Origin: Bacillota bacterium
GTDB lineage: Bacteria > Bacillota > Limnochordia > DUMW01
Direction: 5' to 3'
Assembly: GCA_012839765.1 (NCBI GenBank)
Contig: DUMW01000009.1
Span: forward strand, 29,434-93,433
DNA: 64,000 nt
Shown: positions 44,360 through 53,777 of the stretch, one piece after another
Layout: every line of letters starts with the position of its first letter
Position numbering within the stretch: position 1 is the first letter of the stretch
Made by a program: the position numbers and the translations under genes
The notes under the pieces: model-generated
Told to the model about the DNA's origin: nothing
The model's input: only the letters and a program-made list of their open reading frames with translations
The model's database searches: none

Positions 44360-45157
44360 TTGTCGAAGATCAGGGTGGCAGTGAGTGGAGCTGCCGGAAA
44401 GATGGGACAGGAAGTGGTCCGGGCCCTCACCCGGGAGCCGGACATGGAGTTGGTGGCCGCCTTTGATCCCAAGGCCGCAGGAAAGGACGCGGGGGAAGTG
44501 GCCGGGATAGGTGCCTTGGGCGTAACCATTGCGGTGGATCCCGCGGCGGGCCTGGGACAAGCCCAAGTACTGGTGGACTTTACGGAACCTGCGGTGGTGA
44601 AGAAGAATATCCACACCGCCTTGGACCAAGGGGTGCGACCGGTGGTGGGCACCACGGGTATGAGTATGGAGGATTTGGCGGATGTCCGCCGGTGGGTGAA
44701 AAACGCCGGTCTTGGTGCCATCATTGCCCCCAACTTTGCCATTGGAGCCATCCTCCTGATGCAGTTTGCCAAGGTCGCCAGCCGTTATTTTCCCCATGCG
44801 GAGATTATCGAGTTGCACCATAACCAGAAGAAGGACGCCCCTTCCGGTACCGCGATCAAGACAGCGCAGATGATGGCCGCGGCCCGGGGCCAAGTGGCTA
44901 ATGAAGATCCCAGTGAAGAGAAGCTGTGTGGTGTCCGGGGCGGTCAGCTGGAGGGGATCAATATTCACAGTGTGCGGCTGCCGGGCTTGATTGCCCATCA
45001 GGAAGTGATCTTCGGTGGCAGCGGACAGATCCTGACCCTGCGCCATGATTCCACCAGCCGGGAATCCTTTATGCCGGGGGTGATGCTGGCAGTGCGAAAG
45101 GTCTTGGAGTTGGATGAACTGGTCTATGGGCTTGAGAACTTGCTCTTTGCCGATTAA
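44360..45157 (+). CDS. dapB: 4-hydroxy-tetrahydrodipicolinate reductase
   Basis: IRVAVSGAAGKMG Rossmann N-terminus and DapB C-terminal domain (…ELHHNQKKDAPSGTA…). TTG 44360 follows a GGGAGGAG RBS immediately after the riboswitch terminator (alternative ATG 44345). Confidence 0.8.
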   Translation: MSKIRVAVSGAAGKMGQEVVRALTREPDMELVAAFDPKAAGKDAGEVAGIGALGVTIAVDPAAGLGQAQVLVDFTEPAVVKKNIHTALDQGVRPVVGTTGMSMEDLADVRRWVKNAGLGAIIAPNFAIGAILLMQFAKVASRYFPHAEIIELHHNQKKDAPSGTAIKTAQMMAAARGQVANEDPSEEKLCGVRGGQLEGINIHSVRLPGLIAHQEVIFGGSGQILTLRHDSTSRESFMPGVMLAVRKVLELDELVYGLENLLFAD

Positions 45158-45226
45158 CATGGGTAATCGGGCCCGCATATATTACTAGTAAGCACGGAGG
45201 ACCAGGCTTTGAAAGGGGATGTGTGC

Positions 45227-46108
45227 ATGGGTATTGCTTTAGATGGCATTCCAGTAGCCGTCCTAGGTGGAGATGCCCGAGAGTACATCGTGGTCCAGTG
45301 GCTGTTGAAAGCCGGTGCCAACGTCTTACTAGTAGGCTATGAGCACGCCCAGTTTCCCCAGTGTCCACATGTTTCGCTTAAAGAGGCGATCGCTTCCAGC
45401 CGGGTTTTTGTGGCACCCATGAGTAATACCGATCAACGGGGACGGATCAAGGCAGTACCCGATGGATCTGTGATCATGCTAGACGCTGAAGGATTGTCCG
45501 GAGTGTTATCCGGTTCTTTACTCATTATTGGCTATGCTCAGCCCGTGGTCAGAAGCGCCGCCCAACAGCTTTGCATCCATCTGGTGGAACTGGCCGAGGA
45601 TGATGCGGTGGCCATCCTCAATTCCATACCCACCGCGGAGGGGGCCGTGGCTCTGGCCATGGAGAAATTGCCCATTACCATTCATGGTTGTAAAGCTGTT
45701 GTGTTAGGCTTTGGCCGTTGTGCCCAGACTTTGGCCCGCGTGTTACATTCCCTAGGGGCACGGACCACTGTGGTGGCCAGGAACACCGGGCAGCAGGCGC
45801 GGGCCCAGGAAATGGGCGTTGTGGCCTGCGGTTTCGAAGGACTGTACGATGCTGTCATCGATGCTGATGTGGTTTTCAATACAGTGCCGGCCTTGGTGTT
45901 GACCGAAAGTGTGCTAACCCGAATGAATCCAGACACCTTGGTGATCGATATCGCCTCCAGTCCCGGTGGCACGGATTTCAAGGCTGCAGAACGGCTGGGC
46001 ATTGAAGCGATCTTGGCCCTGGGGTTGCCGGGTAAAGTGGCGCCCAAGACCGCCGGGGAGATTATGGCCCAGGGCGTGATGCGGGCAATTAGGGACTACC
46101 TCAGCTAA
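45227..46108 (+). CDS. dpaA: Dipicolinate synthase subunit A (SpoVFA)
   Basis: …IPVAVLGGDAREYIVVQWL… matches the SpoVFA N-terminus (B. subtilis …IAVIGGDARQLEII…). Adjacent to dpaB. An alternative TTG start lies at 45209. Confidence 0.8.
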   Translation: MGIALDGIPVAVLGGDAREYIVVQWLLKAGANVLLVGYEHAQFPQCPHVSLKEAIASSRVFVAPMSNTDQRGRIKAVPDGSVIMLDAEGLSGVLSGSLLIIGYAQPVVRSAAQQLCIHLVELAEDDAVAILNSIPTAEGAVALAMEKLPITIHGCKAVVLGFGRCAQTLARVLHSLGARTTVVARNTGQQARAQEMGVVACGFEGLYDAVIDADVVFNTVPALVLTESVLTRMNPDTLVIDIASSPGGTDFKAAERLGIEAILALGLPGKVAPKTAGEIMAQGVMRAIRDYLS

Positions 46109-46148
46109 CCTGGATGCTCCGTGCACTTATATCCGGGGGTGCACGTAG

Positions 46149-46730
46149 ATGGATTTTACCGGTGTACGAATTGGTTTTGCTTTGACCGGTTCATTCTGTA
46201 CCATAGACGCCGTTCTCAAGGAGCTTCGTCGGTTGATTGAGTTGAATGCAGATGTTGTTCCCATTGTGTCGCCGTCGGTGAAGACTTTGGATACCCGGTT
46301 CGGCACAGCCAACTCCCTGCTGGAAACCCTAACCTCATTGACCGGAAAGCCACCCATTGATAGTATTATACAGGCCGAACCCATCGGGCCGAAGGGGTTA
46401 CTGGACATTGTGATCGTGGCGCCCTGCACCGGCAACACCTTGGCGAAGTTTGCCAACGGGATCACCGATACCCCGGTGCTGATGGCCATGAAATCCCAGT
46501 TGCGGAATCGTCGGCCGGTGGTGATCTCCATCTCCACCAATGATGGGTTGGGCAACAACGCCGTGAACCTGGGGCGGGCGCTGAATATGCCGAATGTGTA
46601 TTTTGTCCCCTTCCGGCAGGATGACCCCGAGGGGAAGCCCCGTTCCCTCGTGGCGGAGGTCAGTCTTATCCCGGCCACCTTGGAAGCGGCATTACAAGGA
46701 AAACAGTTGCAACCGGTGATCATCAGTTGA
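46149..46730 (+). CDS. dpaB: Dipicolinate synthase subunit B (SpoVFB, flavoprotein-like)
   Basis: …RIGFALTGSFCT… matches the SpoVFB N-terminus (B. subtilis …RIGFGLTGSHCT…). ~193 aa. Immediately downstream of dpaA. Confidence 0.8.
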   Translation: MDFTGVRIGFALTGSFCTIDAVLKELRRLIELNADVVPIVSPSVKTLDTRFGTANSLLETLTSLTGKPPIDSIIQAEPIGPKGLLDIVIVAPCTGNTLAKFANGITDTPVLMAMKSQLRNRRPVVISISTNDGLGNNAVNLGRALNMPNVYFVPFRQDDPEGKPRSLVAEVSLIPATLEAALQGKQLQPVIIS

Positions 46731-46782
46731 ATACAGGAATATCCGCAGCGAGTGTGTAATTAACGATTTAAGGAGGGCTATC

Positions 46783-47817
46783 ATGCGAAAAGTACGGGCA
46801 GCGATTCTCGGAGCGACAGGGGCCGTAGGGCAGGAACTTCTTGGTATCCTGAAAGAACGGGATTTCCCCTTGGATAGCTTAAAGCTTCTCGCCTCTCCTC
46901 GGTCCGCCGGGTTGAAGATTCCCTTTGGCGATGAAGAACTTACGGTGGAAGCGGTGAGTCCCGAGGCCTTTGAAAATGTAGATTTGGCCTTTTTCTGCGC
47001 CGGAGGTAGCGTTAGCAAGCAATATGCTCCGGAGGCGCTTAGTCGGGGGGCGGTTGTTATCGACAACACCAGTGCCTTCCGTTTAGACGAAGGTGTGCCT
47101 TTGGTGGTACCTGAGGTGAACGCCACTGATATTACTCCGGAGACGAAGCTGATTGCCAATCCCAACTGCTCTACGATCCTGATGGTGATGGCATTGGCAC
47201 CACTGCACCGGTACTATGGTATCGAGCGGGTGGTGGTGTCGACCTACCAGGCGGTTTCCGGGGTAGGGGCCAAGGCTATGGATGATCTATGCAAACAGGT
47301 GCGGGCTTGGGCCGCGGGTGAAGAAGTGGTCTCTAGTTGCTTCCCCTTTGTGGCGGCGGAGCGCCATTACCAGATGCATTTTAACCTGATCCCGCAGATC
47401 GACGTCTTTGATGAATTGGGCTACACCAAGGAAGAGTGGAAAATGGTGCGGGAGACCCAGAAGATCCTCCATGCGCCCGACATGCGGATTACCGCCACCA
47501 CTGTCCGGGTGCCTGTGCTCAGGAGCCACTCCGAGTCTGTGAACGTCGAGTTTAAGCAAGAGGTTGATCTGGGGAAGGTGCGGGAACTATTGGCGGGCTT
47601 CCCCGGTGTGGTGGTGTGGGACGATCCGGAGAACTTCAAGTATCCCATGCCTTTGGATGTGACGGGTAAGGATGAGGTTTACGTAGGTCGGATCCGGGTG
47701 GATAACTCCCATCCACGGGCCATCAACCTGTGGTTGGTGGGGGACCAGATCCGGAAAGGTGCGGCGTTAAACGCGGTGCAGGTTGGGGAGTATATGGTGA
47801 GTAACGGCTTGATCTGA
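46783..47817 (+). CDS. asd: Aspartate-semialdehyde dehydrogenase
   Basis: MRKVRAAILGATGAVGQELL N-terminus. 344 aa with the Asd pattern (…NPNCSTI…). Confidence 0.85.
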   Translation: MRKVRAAILGATGAVGQELLGILKERDFPLDSLKLLASPRSAGLKIPFGDEELTVEAVSPEAFENVDLAFFCAGGSVSKQYAPEALSRGAVVIDNTSAFRLDEGVPLVVPEVNATDITPETKLIANPNCSTILMVMALAPLHRYYGIERVVVSTYQAVSGVGAKAMDDLCKQVRAWAAGEEVVSSCFPFVAAERHYQMHFNLIPQIDVFDELGYTKEEWKMVRETQKILHAPDMRITATTVRVPVLRSHSESVNVEFKQEVDLGKVRELLAGFPGVVVWDDPENFKYPMPLDVTGKDEVYVGRIRVDNSHPRAINLWLVGDQIRKGAALNAVQVGEYMVSNGLI

Positions 47818-47839
47818 TTTTTCTGGGGAGAGAGGCAAC

Positions 47840-49081
47840 ATGGCCATTGTCGTCCTGAAATTTGGTGGCACTTCCCTGGCTTCGGAAGCGATGCGGGAGC
47901 AGGCCGTGGAGCGGGTCAAGGAAGCCAAAGCCGCTGGCGATCAAGTGGTGGTTGTGGTTTCTGCCATGGGTCGGCGGGGATCGGCCTATGCCACGGACAC
48001 CCTCCTGGACTTGATGTCAGGGATTACCCAGCGACCTGATAGGCGGGTCCTGGATTTACTGCTCTCCTGTGGGGAACTTATTTCGGCCAGCCTCATGGCC
48101 CAGCTGCTCACCGAGCGGGGGCTGGAAGCAGTCCCCTTGACCGGTGGTCAAGCGGGGATTATCACGGACAATGAGTTTGGCAATGCCCGCATCGTCGAGG
48201 TGCGGCCTAAAGGTATCTTGGAGGAACTGAAGAAGGGCCGAGTTGTGGTGGTGGCTGGTTTTCAGGGGGTGACCCCCAACCAGGAGATCACCACCCTCGG
48301 GCGGGGTGGCAGTGATACCACCGCCGCAGCCCTGGGCGTGGCCTTGGGGGCTAAGGCGATCTACATCTTCACCGATGTGGACGGGATCTTGACCGCGGAT
48401 CCGCGGATCGTCCCCGATGCCCAGTTGGTTCCTAGCACCACTTACCGTGAGGTGGCGGAACTGGCACAGCTGGGGGCCCGGGTAATCCATCCCCGGGCGG
48501 TGGAGATTGCTGCGGCGGGGCGGATCCCCTTGATCATCCGAGCCACCGACAAAGCCGGTGCCGGTACAGTAATCTGGGATGGTCCGGGGGATGGCCCCGT
48601 GGAGATCCGGGCCGATCGTCCTGTGGGCGCGGTGACCCAGATTACAGGGCTAGCCCTAGTCAGCGTGATTCCCGCGCATGATCAAGAGATCAGCATGGAG
48701 CAGGCTCGACAACTATTCCAGAATGTGGCGGAATTAGGTGTTAGTGTGGACCTGATCTTCCTGTCGCCGACTCTGGTGGGATTCTGTGTCCGACAGGAAG
48801 AAGCTGAAGCGGTGGAGAACAGATTAAGGGAATTGAGTTTTAACGTTAAAGTGAAGGCAGGATATGCCAAGGTGTCCTGTGTGGGTGCAGGGATGCGGGG
48901 TGTGCCTGGTGTAATGGCCAGAATTGTCGAGGCCTTGCATGAGACCGATGTGCGGGTGTATCACACCAGCGATTCCCATGCCAGCATCTCCTGCTTGGTG
49001 GAAGAGAAGGATTACATGAAAGCGGTTCGGGCTCTACATGACAAGTTTCACCTAGGTAGCACGAATGTGCGAGGGAGTTGA
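47840..49081 (+). CDS. dapG: Aspartokinase (monofunctional, with ACT domains; DapG/LysC type)
   Basis: MAIVVLKFGGTSL kinase N-terminus. 413 aa. Sits in the asd-aspartokinase-dapA arrangement, as dapG does in B. subtilis. Confidence 0.8.
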   Translation: MAIVVLKFGGTSLASEAMREQAVERVKEAKAAGDQVVVVVSAMGRRGSAYATDTLLDLMSGITQRPDRRVLDLLLSCGELISASLMAQLLTERGLEAVPLTGGQAGIITDNEFGNARIVEVRPKGILEELKKGRVVVVAGFQGVTPNQEITTLGRGGSDTTAAALGVALGAKAIYIFTDVDGILTADPRIVPDAQLVPSTTYREVAELAQLGARVIHPRAVEIAAAGRIPLIIRATDKAGAGTVIWDGPGDGPVEIRADRPVGAVTQITGLALVSVIPAHDQEISMEQARQLFQNVAELGVSVDLIFLSPTLVGFCVRQEEAEAVENRLRELSFNVKVKAGYAKVSCVGAGMRGVPGVMARIVEALHETDVRVYHTSDSHASISCLVEEKDYMKAVRALHDKFHLGSTNVRGS

Positions 49082-49974
49082 GTAGTTTGCAAGGCTTTGG
49101 TCATTTACTGACTGCGATGGTCACTCCATTTAAGGAAGGAGGCGCAGTAGACTACGATAAAGCCGCGGAGCTGGCTTCGCGGCTTCTGGATTGCGGTTCA
49201 GATGGGATCGTTGTCTCCGGGACCACGGGTGAATCCCCAACCCTCACCTTTGATGAAAAGGTGAGCCTGTTCAAAGCAGTGGTGGAAGCCGTGGGCGGTC
49301 GCGGTGTGGTCCTGGCCGGTACTGGTTCCTACTGCACGCAGGAGACCATTGAGCTTACAAAGACGGCGGAAAAAGTGGGCATCGATGGGATCATGTTGGT
49401 GACCCCCTATTACAACAAACCGCCGCAGTCAGCCCTGTATAGTCATTTCAAAATGATTGCTGCGGAAACGGAATTGCCGATTATGCTATATAATGTCCCC
49501 AGCCGCACTTCGGTGAACCTGTTGCCGGAGACAGTGGCGAGGTTGGCGGAGATCGAAAACATTGTAGCGATCAAGGAGGCCTCGGGCAATTTAGGGCAGG
49601 TGGCAAGGATTTACCAAATGACCCCCGACGACTTCTACATATACAGCGGCGATGACAATCTGACGTTGCCGGTGTTGAGTGTAGGAGGCGTCGGGGTAGT
49701 CAGTGTGGCGGCCCATGTGGTGGGTCATAGTATTCGCGAGATGATCGATCTTTTCCTGGCGGGCAAAGTCAAGGAAGCCGCTGAAGTGAACAGAAAGCTG
49801 GTGCCCCTTTTCGAGGCGATGTTCGTTACCACCAATCCTATACCGGTGAAGACCGCGGTAAATCTTCTTGGCGGTGACGTGGGCTCGTTGCGCCCACCTT
49901 TACAGGAGCCCTCCGCTGAGCAGGTGACTGTGATCAAGGAAGCGTTGAAGAAGGTTGGTTTGATCGACTTCTAG
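49078..49974 (+). CDS. dapA: 4-hydroxy-tetrahydrodipicolinate synthase
   Basis: …LTAMVTPF… and GTTGES motifs. Start codon uncertain (TTG 49078 or 49087). The stop of the aspartokinase gene overlaps this start. Confidence 0.8.
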   Translation: MSSLQGFGHLLTAMVTPFKEGGAVDYDKAAELASRLLDCGSDGIVVSGTTGESPTLTFDEKVSLFKAVVEAVGGRGVVLAGTGSYCTQETIELTKTAEKVGIDGIMLVTPYYNKPPQSALYSHFKMIAAETELPIMLYNVPSRTSVNLLPETVARLAEIENIVAIKEASGNLGQVARIYQMTPDDFYIYSGDDNLTLPVLSVGGVGVVSVAAHVVGHSIREMIDLFLAGKVKEAAEVNRKLVPLFEAMFVTTNPIPVKTAVNLLGGDVGSLRPPLQEPSAEQVTVIKEALKKVGLIDF

Positions 49975-49975
49975 A

Positions 49976-50003
49976 GGCGGGCATTTCCCGCCTCTTGGGC
50001 TTC
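49976..50003 (+). terminator. Hairpin terminator after dapA
   Basis: GAGGCGGG-cattt-CCCGCCTC stem followed by a TTGGGCTTCC tract (weak U-tract). Confidence 0.4.
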
Positions 50004-50542
50004 CCAAGACTAGCAAAGCCTTTAGCGAATTGTCCAGGTTTTTCAGGCCTCTTCTATTCTACTGCTGGTGGTCCTCTACAATCTCCTCGGTTTAGCCCGG
50101 AAGTGTTTCGGGCCCCTTGGAAGGCATAAACTGCCATGGGGTAAATCACGATATTGTAACGGCAAAGTGTCCAAGCCCTAGATGTGGGGGAAACATTTTC
50201 TTAGGGTGTTGGTGGAATAGCGCGGTTTTGTTGATGAGGATTGATCCGCCTGGGTCTATCCAGTGGTAATATATTGTCTTCTGGCCGGAAATGGGAAGGA
50301 CAGGTCCCAGGCTGCCAATTTCCTTGGAAATAATTAACCTGCCAGTTTCCCTTGTCAGTCTGATGTTGATCGAGTATAATTGCAGTAAGATCCTCGGACG
50401 GCTAGCTTTCTTTTGTTTTATTTGGACAACAGCCAGGTCAAGTAACGCCCGCCTGTTCTTGACCTACAAGTTGCAGCCCAGTAAAAATCAGGTGCGGTGC
50501 GTCCAAAAACGGATTAGCAGAAATATGTGGAGGTGTGCTTAT

Positions 50543-52216
50543 ATGGCGAGGGGAGATCGTGCGCTCTCAATTATACCCCTCGGCGGAGTCGGCGAGATTG
50601 GTAAAAATATGTTCGTTTACGAATACGATGAGGATCTGATCTTGGTAGACGCCGGGGTAATGTTTCCCGATGACGATATGCTAGGTATTGATCTGGTTAT
50701 TCCGGATATTTCTTACCTAAAGGAGAATCGAGACAGGTTACGGGGTGTCTTCTTGACCCACGGTCACGAGGACCATATTGGGGCGGTGCCCTATGTACTT
50801 AGGGAGATCCCTGAGGTGCCCATCTATGGGACTAGGTTGACCTTGGGTCTTCTGGAAAGCAAATTGATGGAATTTGGCATGGCGGAGGACGCCACCCTGA
50901 TCTGCGTCCAGGCAGGGGATCAGGTACAGGTGGGTTCGTGGTTTACGGTGGAGTTTATCCATGTGAACCACAGCATTCCCGATGTGGTGGCTATTGCTGT
51001 TACCACACCGGAAGGTGTGGTAATTCATTGTAGTGACTTCAAGTTTGACCAGACGCCTATTGATGGCAAGGTGGCTGATTATCACCGGTTAGCGGAACTG
51101 GGTAAAGAAGGTGTTTTGGCGGTACTTTCCGATAGTACCAACGCGGAGCGGCCGGGGTATACCCTCTCGGAGCGGGCCCTGACGGAGACCTTCAATGACA
51201 TCTTTCGCAAGGCCGAAGGCCGGGTGCTGGTGGCGACCTTTGCCTCCAACGTGCACCGGATTCAGCAGGTGATCGATGCCTCGATCAAGTTCGACCGCAA
51301 GATTGGCCTGGTGGGTCGTTCCATGGTCAATGTGGTTACCATTGCAAAGAACTTGGGTTATCTGAATCTACCCGAGGAGATCCTGATTGACATCGGTGAA
51401 GTGGATGATTATCCACCCCAGCAGCTGACCATCATCACCACCGGAAGCCAAGGGGAGCCGATGTCCGCCCTGACCAGGATGGCGATGAGTAACCATCGAC
51501 AGTTGGAGATCTACCCGGGGGATACGGTGGTGGTTTCCGCTAACCCCATCCCTGGGAATGAGAAGATGATCGGCCGGACCATTGACTATCTCTTCCGGCA
51601 AGGCGCTGAAGTGATCTACCATTCGGTGTCCGGTGTGCACGTCTCCGGGCACGCTAGCCAGGAAGAATTGAAGCTGTTGCTCAATTTGTGCCGTCCGAAG
51701 TATTTCTTCCCCATCCACGGTGAACACCGGATGCTCTTCACCCATGCTCGGTTAGGGATGAGTGTGGGGATTCCCCCGGATAACATCGTGATCATGGATA
51801 AGGGCGAGGTCTGGCAGATCAAGGATGGTGTGCTGCAGAAGGCCGGACAGGTCAAATGCGATCCCGTTTATGTGGACGGGTTGGGCGTAGGCGATGTGGG
51901 GAACATCGTGCTGCGGGACCGCCAGCAGTTGTCCCAGGATGGTATCCTGGTGGTGGTGGTCACCATCGACCGGCAGACGGGTACCGTGGTGGCGGGCCCG
52001 GATATTATTACCCGTGGCTTTGTCTACGTCCGGGAGTCGGAGAAGTTCTTGGAAGAGATCCAGCAGCGGGCTACCGACATTATGCAACGGTGCACCCTCA
52101 ACGGCATTTTGGAGTGGGGCCCCATCAAGGAAGAGATTCGTTCGGATCTGTCCCAGTACCTGTACGGACGCATCAAGCGGCGCCCCATGATTCTGCCCAT
52201 TATCATGGAAGTGTAG
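50543..52216 (+). CDS. rnj: Ribonuclease J (metallo-beta-lactamase/beta-CASP RNase)
   Basis: …LSIIPLGGVGEIGKNMFVYEYDEDLILVDAG… and HGHEDH motifs. ATG 50543 follows a GGAGG RBS. The longer six-frame ORF from 50291 lacks homology and an RBS. Confidence 0.85.
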   Translation: MARGDRALSIIPLGGVGEIGKNMFVYEYDEDLILVDAGVMFPDDDMLGIDLVIPDISYLKENRDRLRGVFLTHGHEDHIGAVPYVLREIPEVPIYGTRLTLGLLESKLMEFGMAEDATLICVQAGDQVQVGSWFTVEFIHVNHSIPDVVAIAVTTPEGVVIHCSDFKFDQTPIDGKVADYHRLAELGKEGVLAVLSDSTNAERPGYTLSERALTETFNDIFRKAEGRVLVATFASNVHRIQQVIDASIKFDRKIGLVGRSMVNVVTIAKNLGYLNLPEEILIDIGEVDDYPPQQLTIITTGSQGEPMSALTRMAMSNHRQLEIYPGDTVVVSANPIPGNEKMIGRTIDYLFRQGAEVIYHSVSGVHVSGHASQEELKLLLNLCRPKYFFPIHGEHRMLFTHARLGMSVGIPPDNIVIMDKGEVWQIKDGVLQKAGQVKCDPVYVDGLGVGDVGNIVLRDRQQLSQDGILVVVVTIDRQTGTVVAGPDIITRGFVYVRESEKFLEEIQQRATDIMQRCTLNGILEWGPIKEEIRSDLSQYLYGRIKRRPMILPIIMEV

Positions 52217-52340
52217 CTGGACCTCCTAGGCGTAAGGATGGATTCTCATCCTTACAGCCTAGGAGCGGTTTTTTCTCCCACTAATAACCCCTTTTGTGCC
52301 GTGTCATACTAAAAGGTGAAGACACCACAGAAGGGAAGTC

Positions 52341-53123
52341 GTGCCAGTGACTGATTCCTCGTTTTTCTTGCAGCAGCAACCAGCGGAGCAACCCACCCCG
52401 CCGGAAGCGAAGCCGGTCCCTGCGCCGGGACGGGGGCCCAATGCGCAGATAGACAGCATCGTGCAGTTCGGACAACCCGCACCCCCACCGAAGATGCCGA
52501 GCGAAATCCAGTGTCTTAGTATCGTTGGGCAAATTGAAGGGCACCTCATTCTACCCCCTAACAACAAGACGACGAAGTACGAACACGTGATTCCCCAACT
52601 GGTGGCCATTGAGCAGAACAAAAACATCAAGGGCCTTTTGGTGATCCTAAATACCGTCGGGGGAGATATCGAGGCGGGTCTAGCCATCGCCGAGATGATC
52701 GAAAGCATTTCCAAACCAACCGTATCCTTGGTGCTGGGGGGTGGCCATTCCATCGGGGCCCCTATCGCGGTAGCCGCTGATTATTCCTTCATCGCGGACA
52801 CTGCCACTATCACCATCCATCCCATCCGGCTGACGGGGTTTGTCATTGGCGTGCCCCAAACCTACGAGTATCTGGACAAGATGCAGGATCGGGTGATCCG
52901 CTTCCTTATTGAACATTCCAGAATCGAAGAGGCGAAACTGCGGGAACTCATGTTCCGGACCGGGGATTTGGTCCAGGATGTGGGTACGGTGCTCATCGGT
53001 AAGGACGCGGTGGAAGTGGGGCTCATTGACCAGGTGGGGGGACTGAAGGATGCCCTGAACCATCTGGAGCTGTTGATTGCCCAAAGGGAAAAGGAGAAGT
53101 CCAGTGACCCGGTGTTGGTCTAG
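52341..53123 (+). CDS. tepA: Translocation-enhancing protein TepA (ClpP-family, YmfB-like)
   Basis: ClpP-fold region ([21 protein letters not shown]…). Follows RNase J, as in B. subtilis rnjB-tepA. Start is GTG at 52341 or 52347. Confidence 0.7.
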   Translation: MPVTDSSFFLQQQPAEQPTPPEAKPVPAPGRGPNAQIDSIVQFGQPAPPPKMPSEIQCLSIVGQIEGHLILPPNNKTTKYEHVIPQLVAIEQNKNIKGLLVILNTVGGDIEAGLAIAEMIESISKPTVSLVLGGGHSIGAPIAVAADYSFIADTATITIHPIRLTGFVIGVPQTYEYLDKMQDRVIRFLIEHSRIEEAKLRELMFRTGDLVQDVGTVLIGKDAVEVGLIDQVGGLKDALNHLELLIAQREKEKSSDPVLV

Positions 53124-53135
53124 GGGGGTGATCCC

Positions 53136-53351
53136 GTGTTGTATACCATCGTTCCCGCACACGTGATCTTTCCAGAGCAGTACCAAGGGGTGGAGAAGCA
53201 ACAGTTGTGGTCGATGCAGTATCGGGGGGTGGAGGTGGTGGTCCAAAGGGGGGCCGGCGGCCAGGCGGAGATTGTGCGCCTGTTGAGTACAGATCCCAAC
53301 GACTACCTCGATCCCATGCTGCAGCCGGGTATGACCCTGCCTGCCTTCTAG
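53136..53351 (+). CDS. ylzJ: YlzJ-like family protein
   Basis: ~71 aa beginning MLYTIVPAHVIFPEQ…. Located immediately after tepA, as ylzJ is in Bacillus. GTG start with a GGGGGG RBS. Confidence 0.55.
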   Translation: MLYTIVPAHVIFPEQYQGVEKQQLWSMQYRGVEVVVQRGAGGQAEIVRLLSTDPNDYLDPMLQPGMTLPAF

Positions 53352-53483
53352 GACAAATACCCCTTTGCTTCTATTCATGTTTGGTCCAATTGGTCATAGA
53401 ATTCTATGGGCGGAGAAAATGACCGATGGCTCCTTTGGTGATGATGTCTCATATACTGACGGTGTAAGTTGGTGGTGAGACAG

Positions 53484-53777
53484 ATGAAGCTGGTCCAGGC
53501 CACGCCGGGGTTGTTCTATCGGATTCGGCGGATCGGGGATCCCTGGTTGCGGGATCAGGCCTTGCGCTTTGGGATCGGTGAGGGAGCTGTGATCCATTGC
53601 GACTATGTCCTCACCAAAGGTCCGGTGATCATCTCCCGGTATAGGCAGCAATTGGCCATCGGTCATGAACTGGCCCGAAAAATCGAGGTGGCTTATCACC
53701 TTGACGGGGTGGCCAATTGTGCGCAAGTTTTCCCAGTCGAGATGGATCGCGTTGGTGGGAAATCCCAATGCCGGTAA
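53484..53777 (+). CDS. feoA: Ferrous iron transport protein A (FeoA domain)
   Basis: MKLVQATPGLFYRIRRIGDPWLRDQALRFGIGEGAVIHCDY…GPVIISRYRQQLAIGHELARKIEV fits the FeoA SH3-like domain pattern. Confidence 0.7.
   Translation: MKLVQATPGLFYRIRRIGDPWLRDQALRFGIGEGAVIHCDYVLTKGPVIISRYRQQLAIGHELARKIEVAYHLDGVANCAQVFPVEMDRVGGKSQCR

Noticed and set aside
50291-50542. N-terminal 84-codon extension of the RNase J ORF
   Set aside because: The extension has no similarity to RNase J and no RBS. The conserved N-terminus (…LSIIPLGGVGEIGKNM…) begins right after ATG 50543, which has a GGAGG RBS.
53740-53760. Possible frameshift at the feoB start (the ATG at 53742 is in the feoA frame, one base off the IALVGNPN frame)
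   Set aside because: An in-frame GTG at 53719 with a GGGGTGG RBS gives a normal FeoB N-terminus (MRKFSQSRWIALVGNPNAGKS). feoA/feoB overlap is common, so a sequence error need not be invoked.
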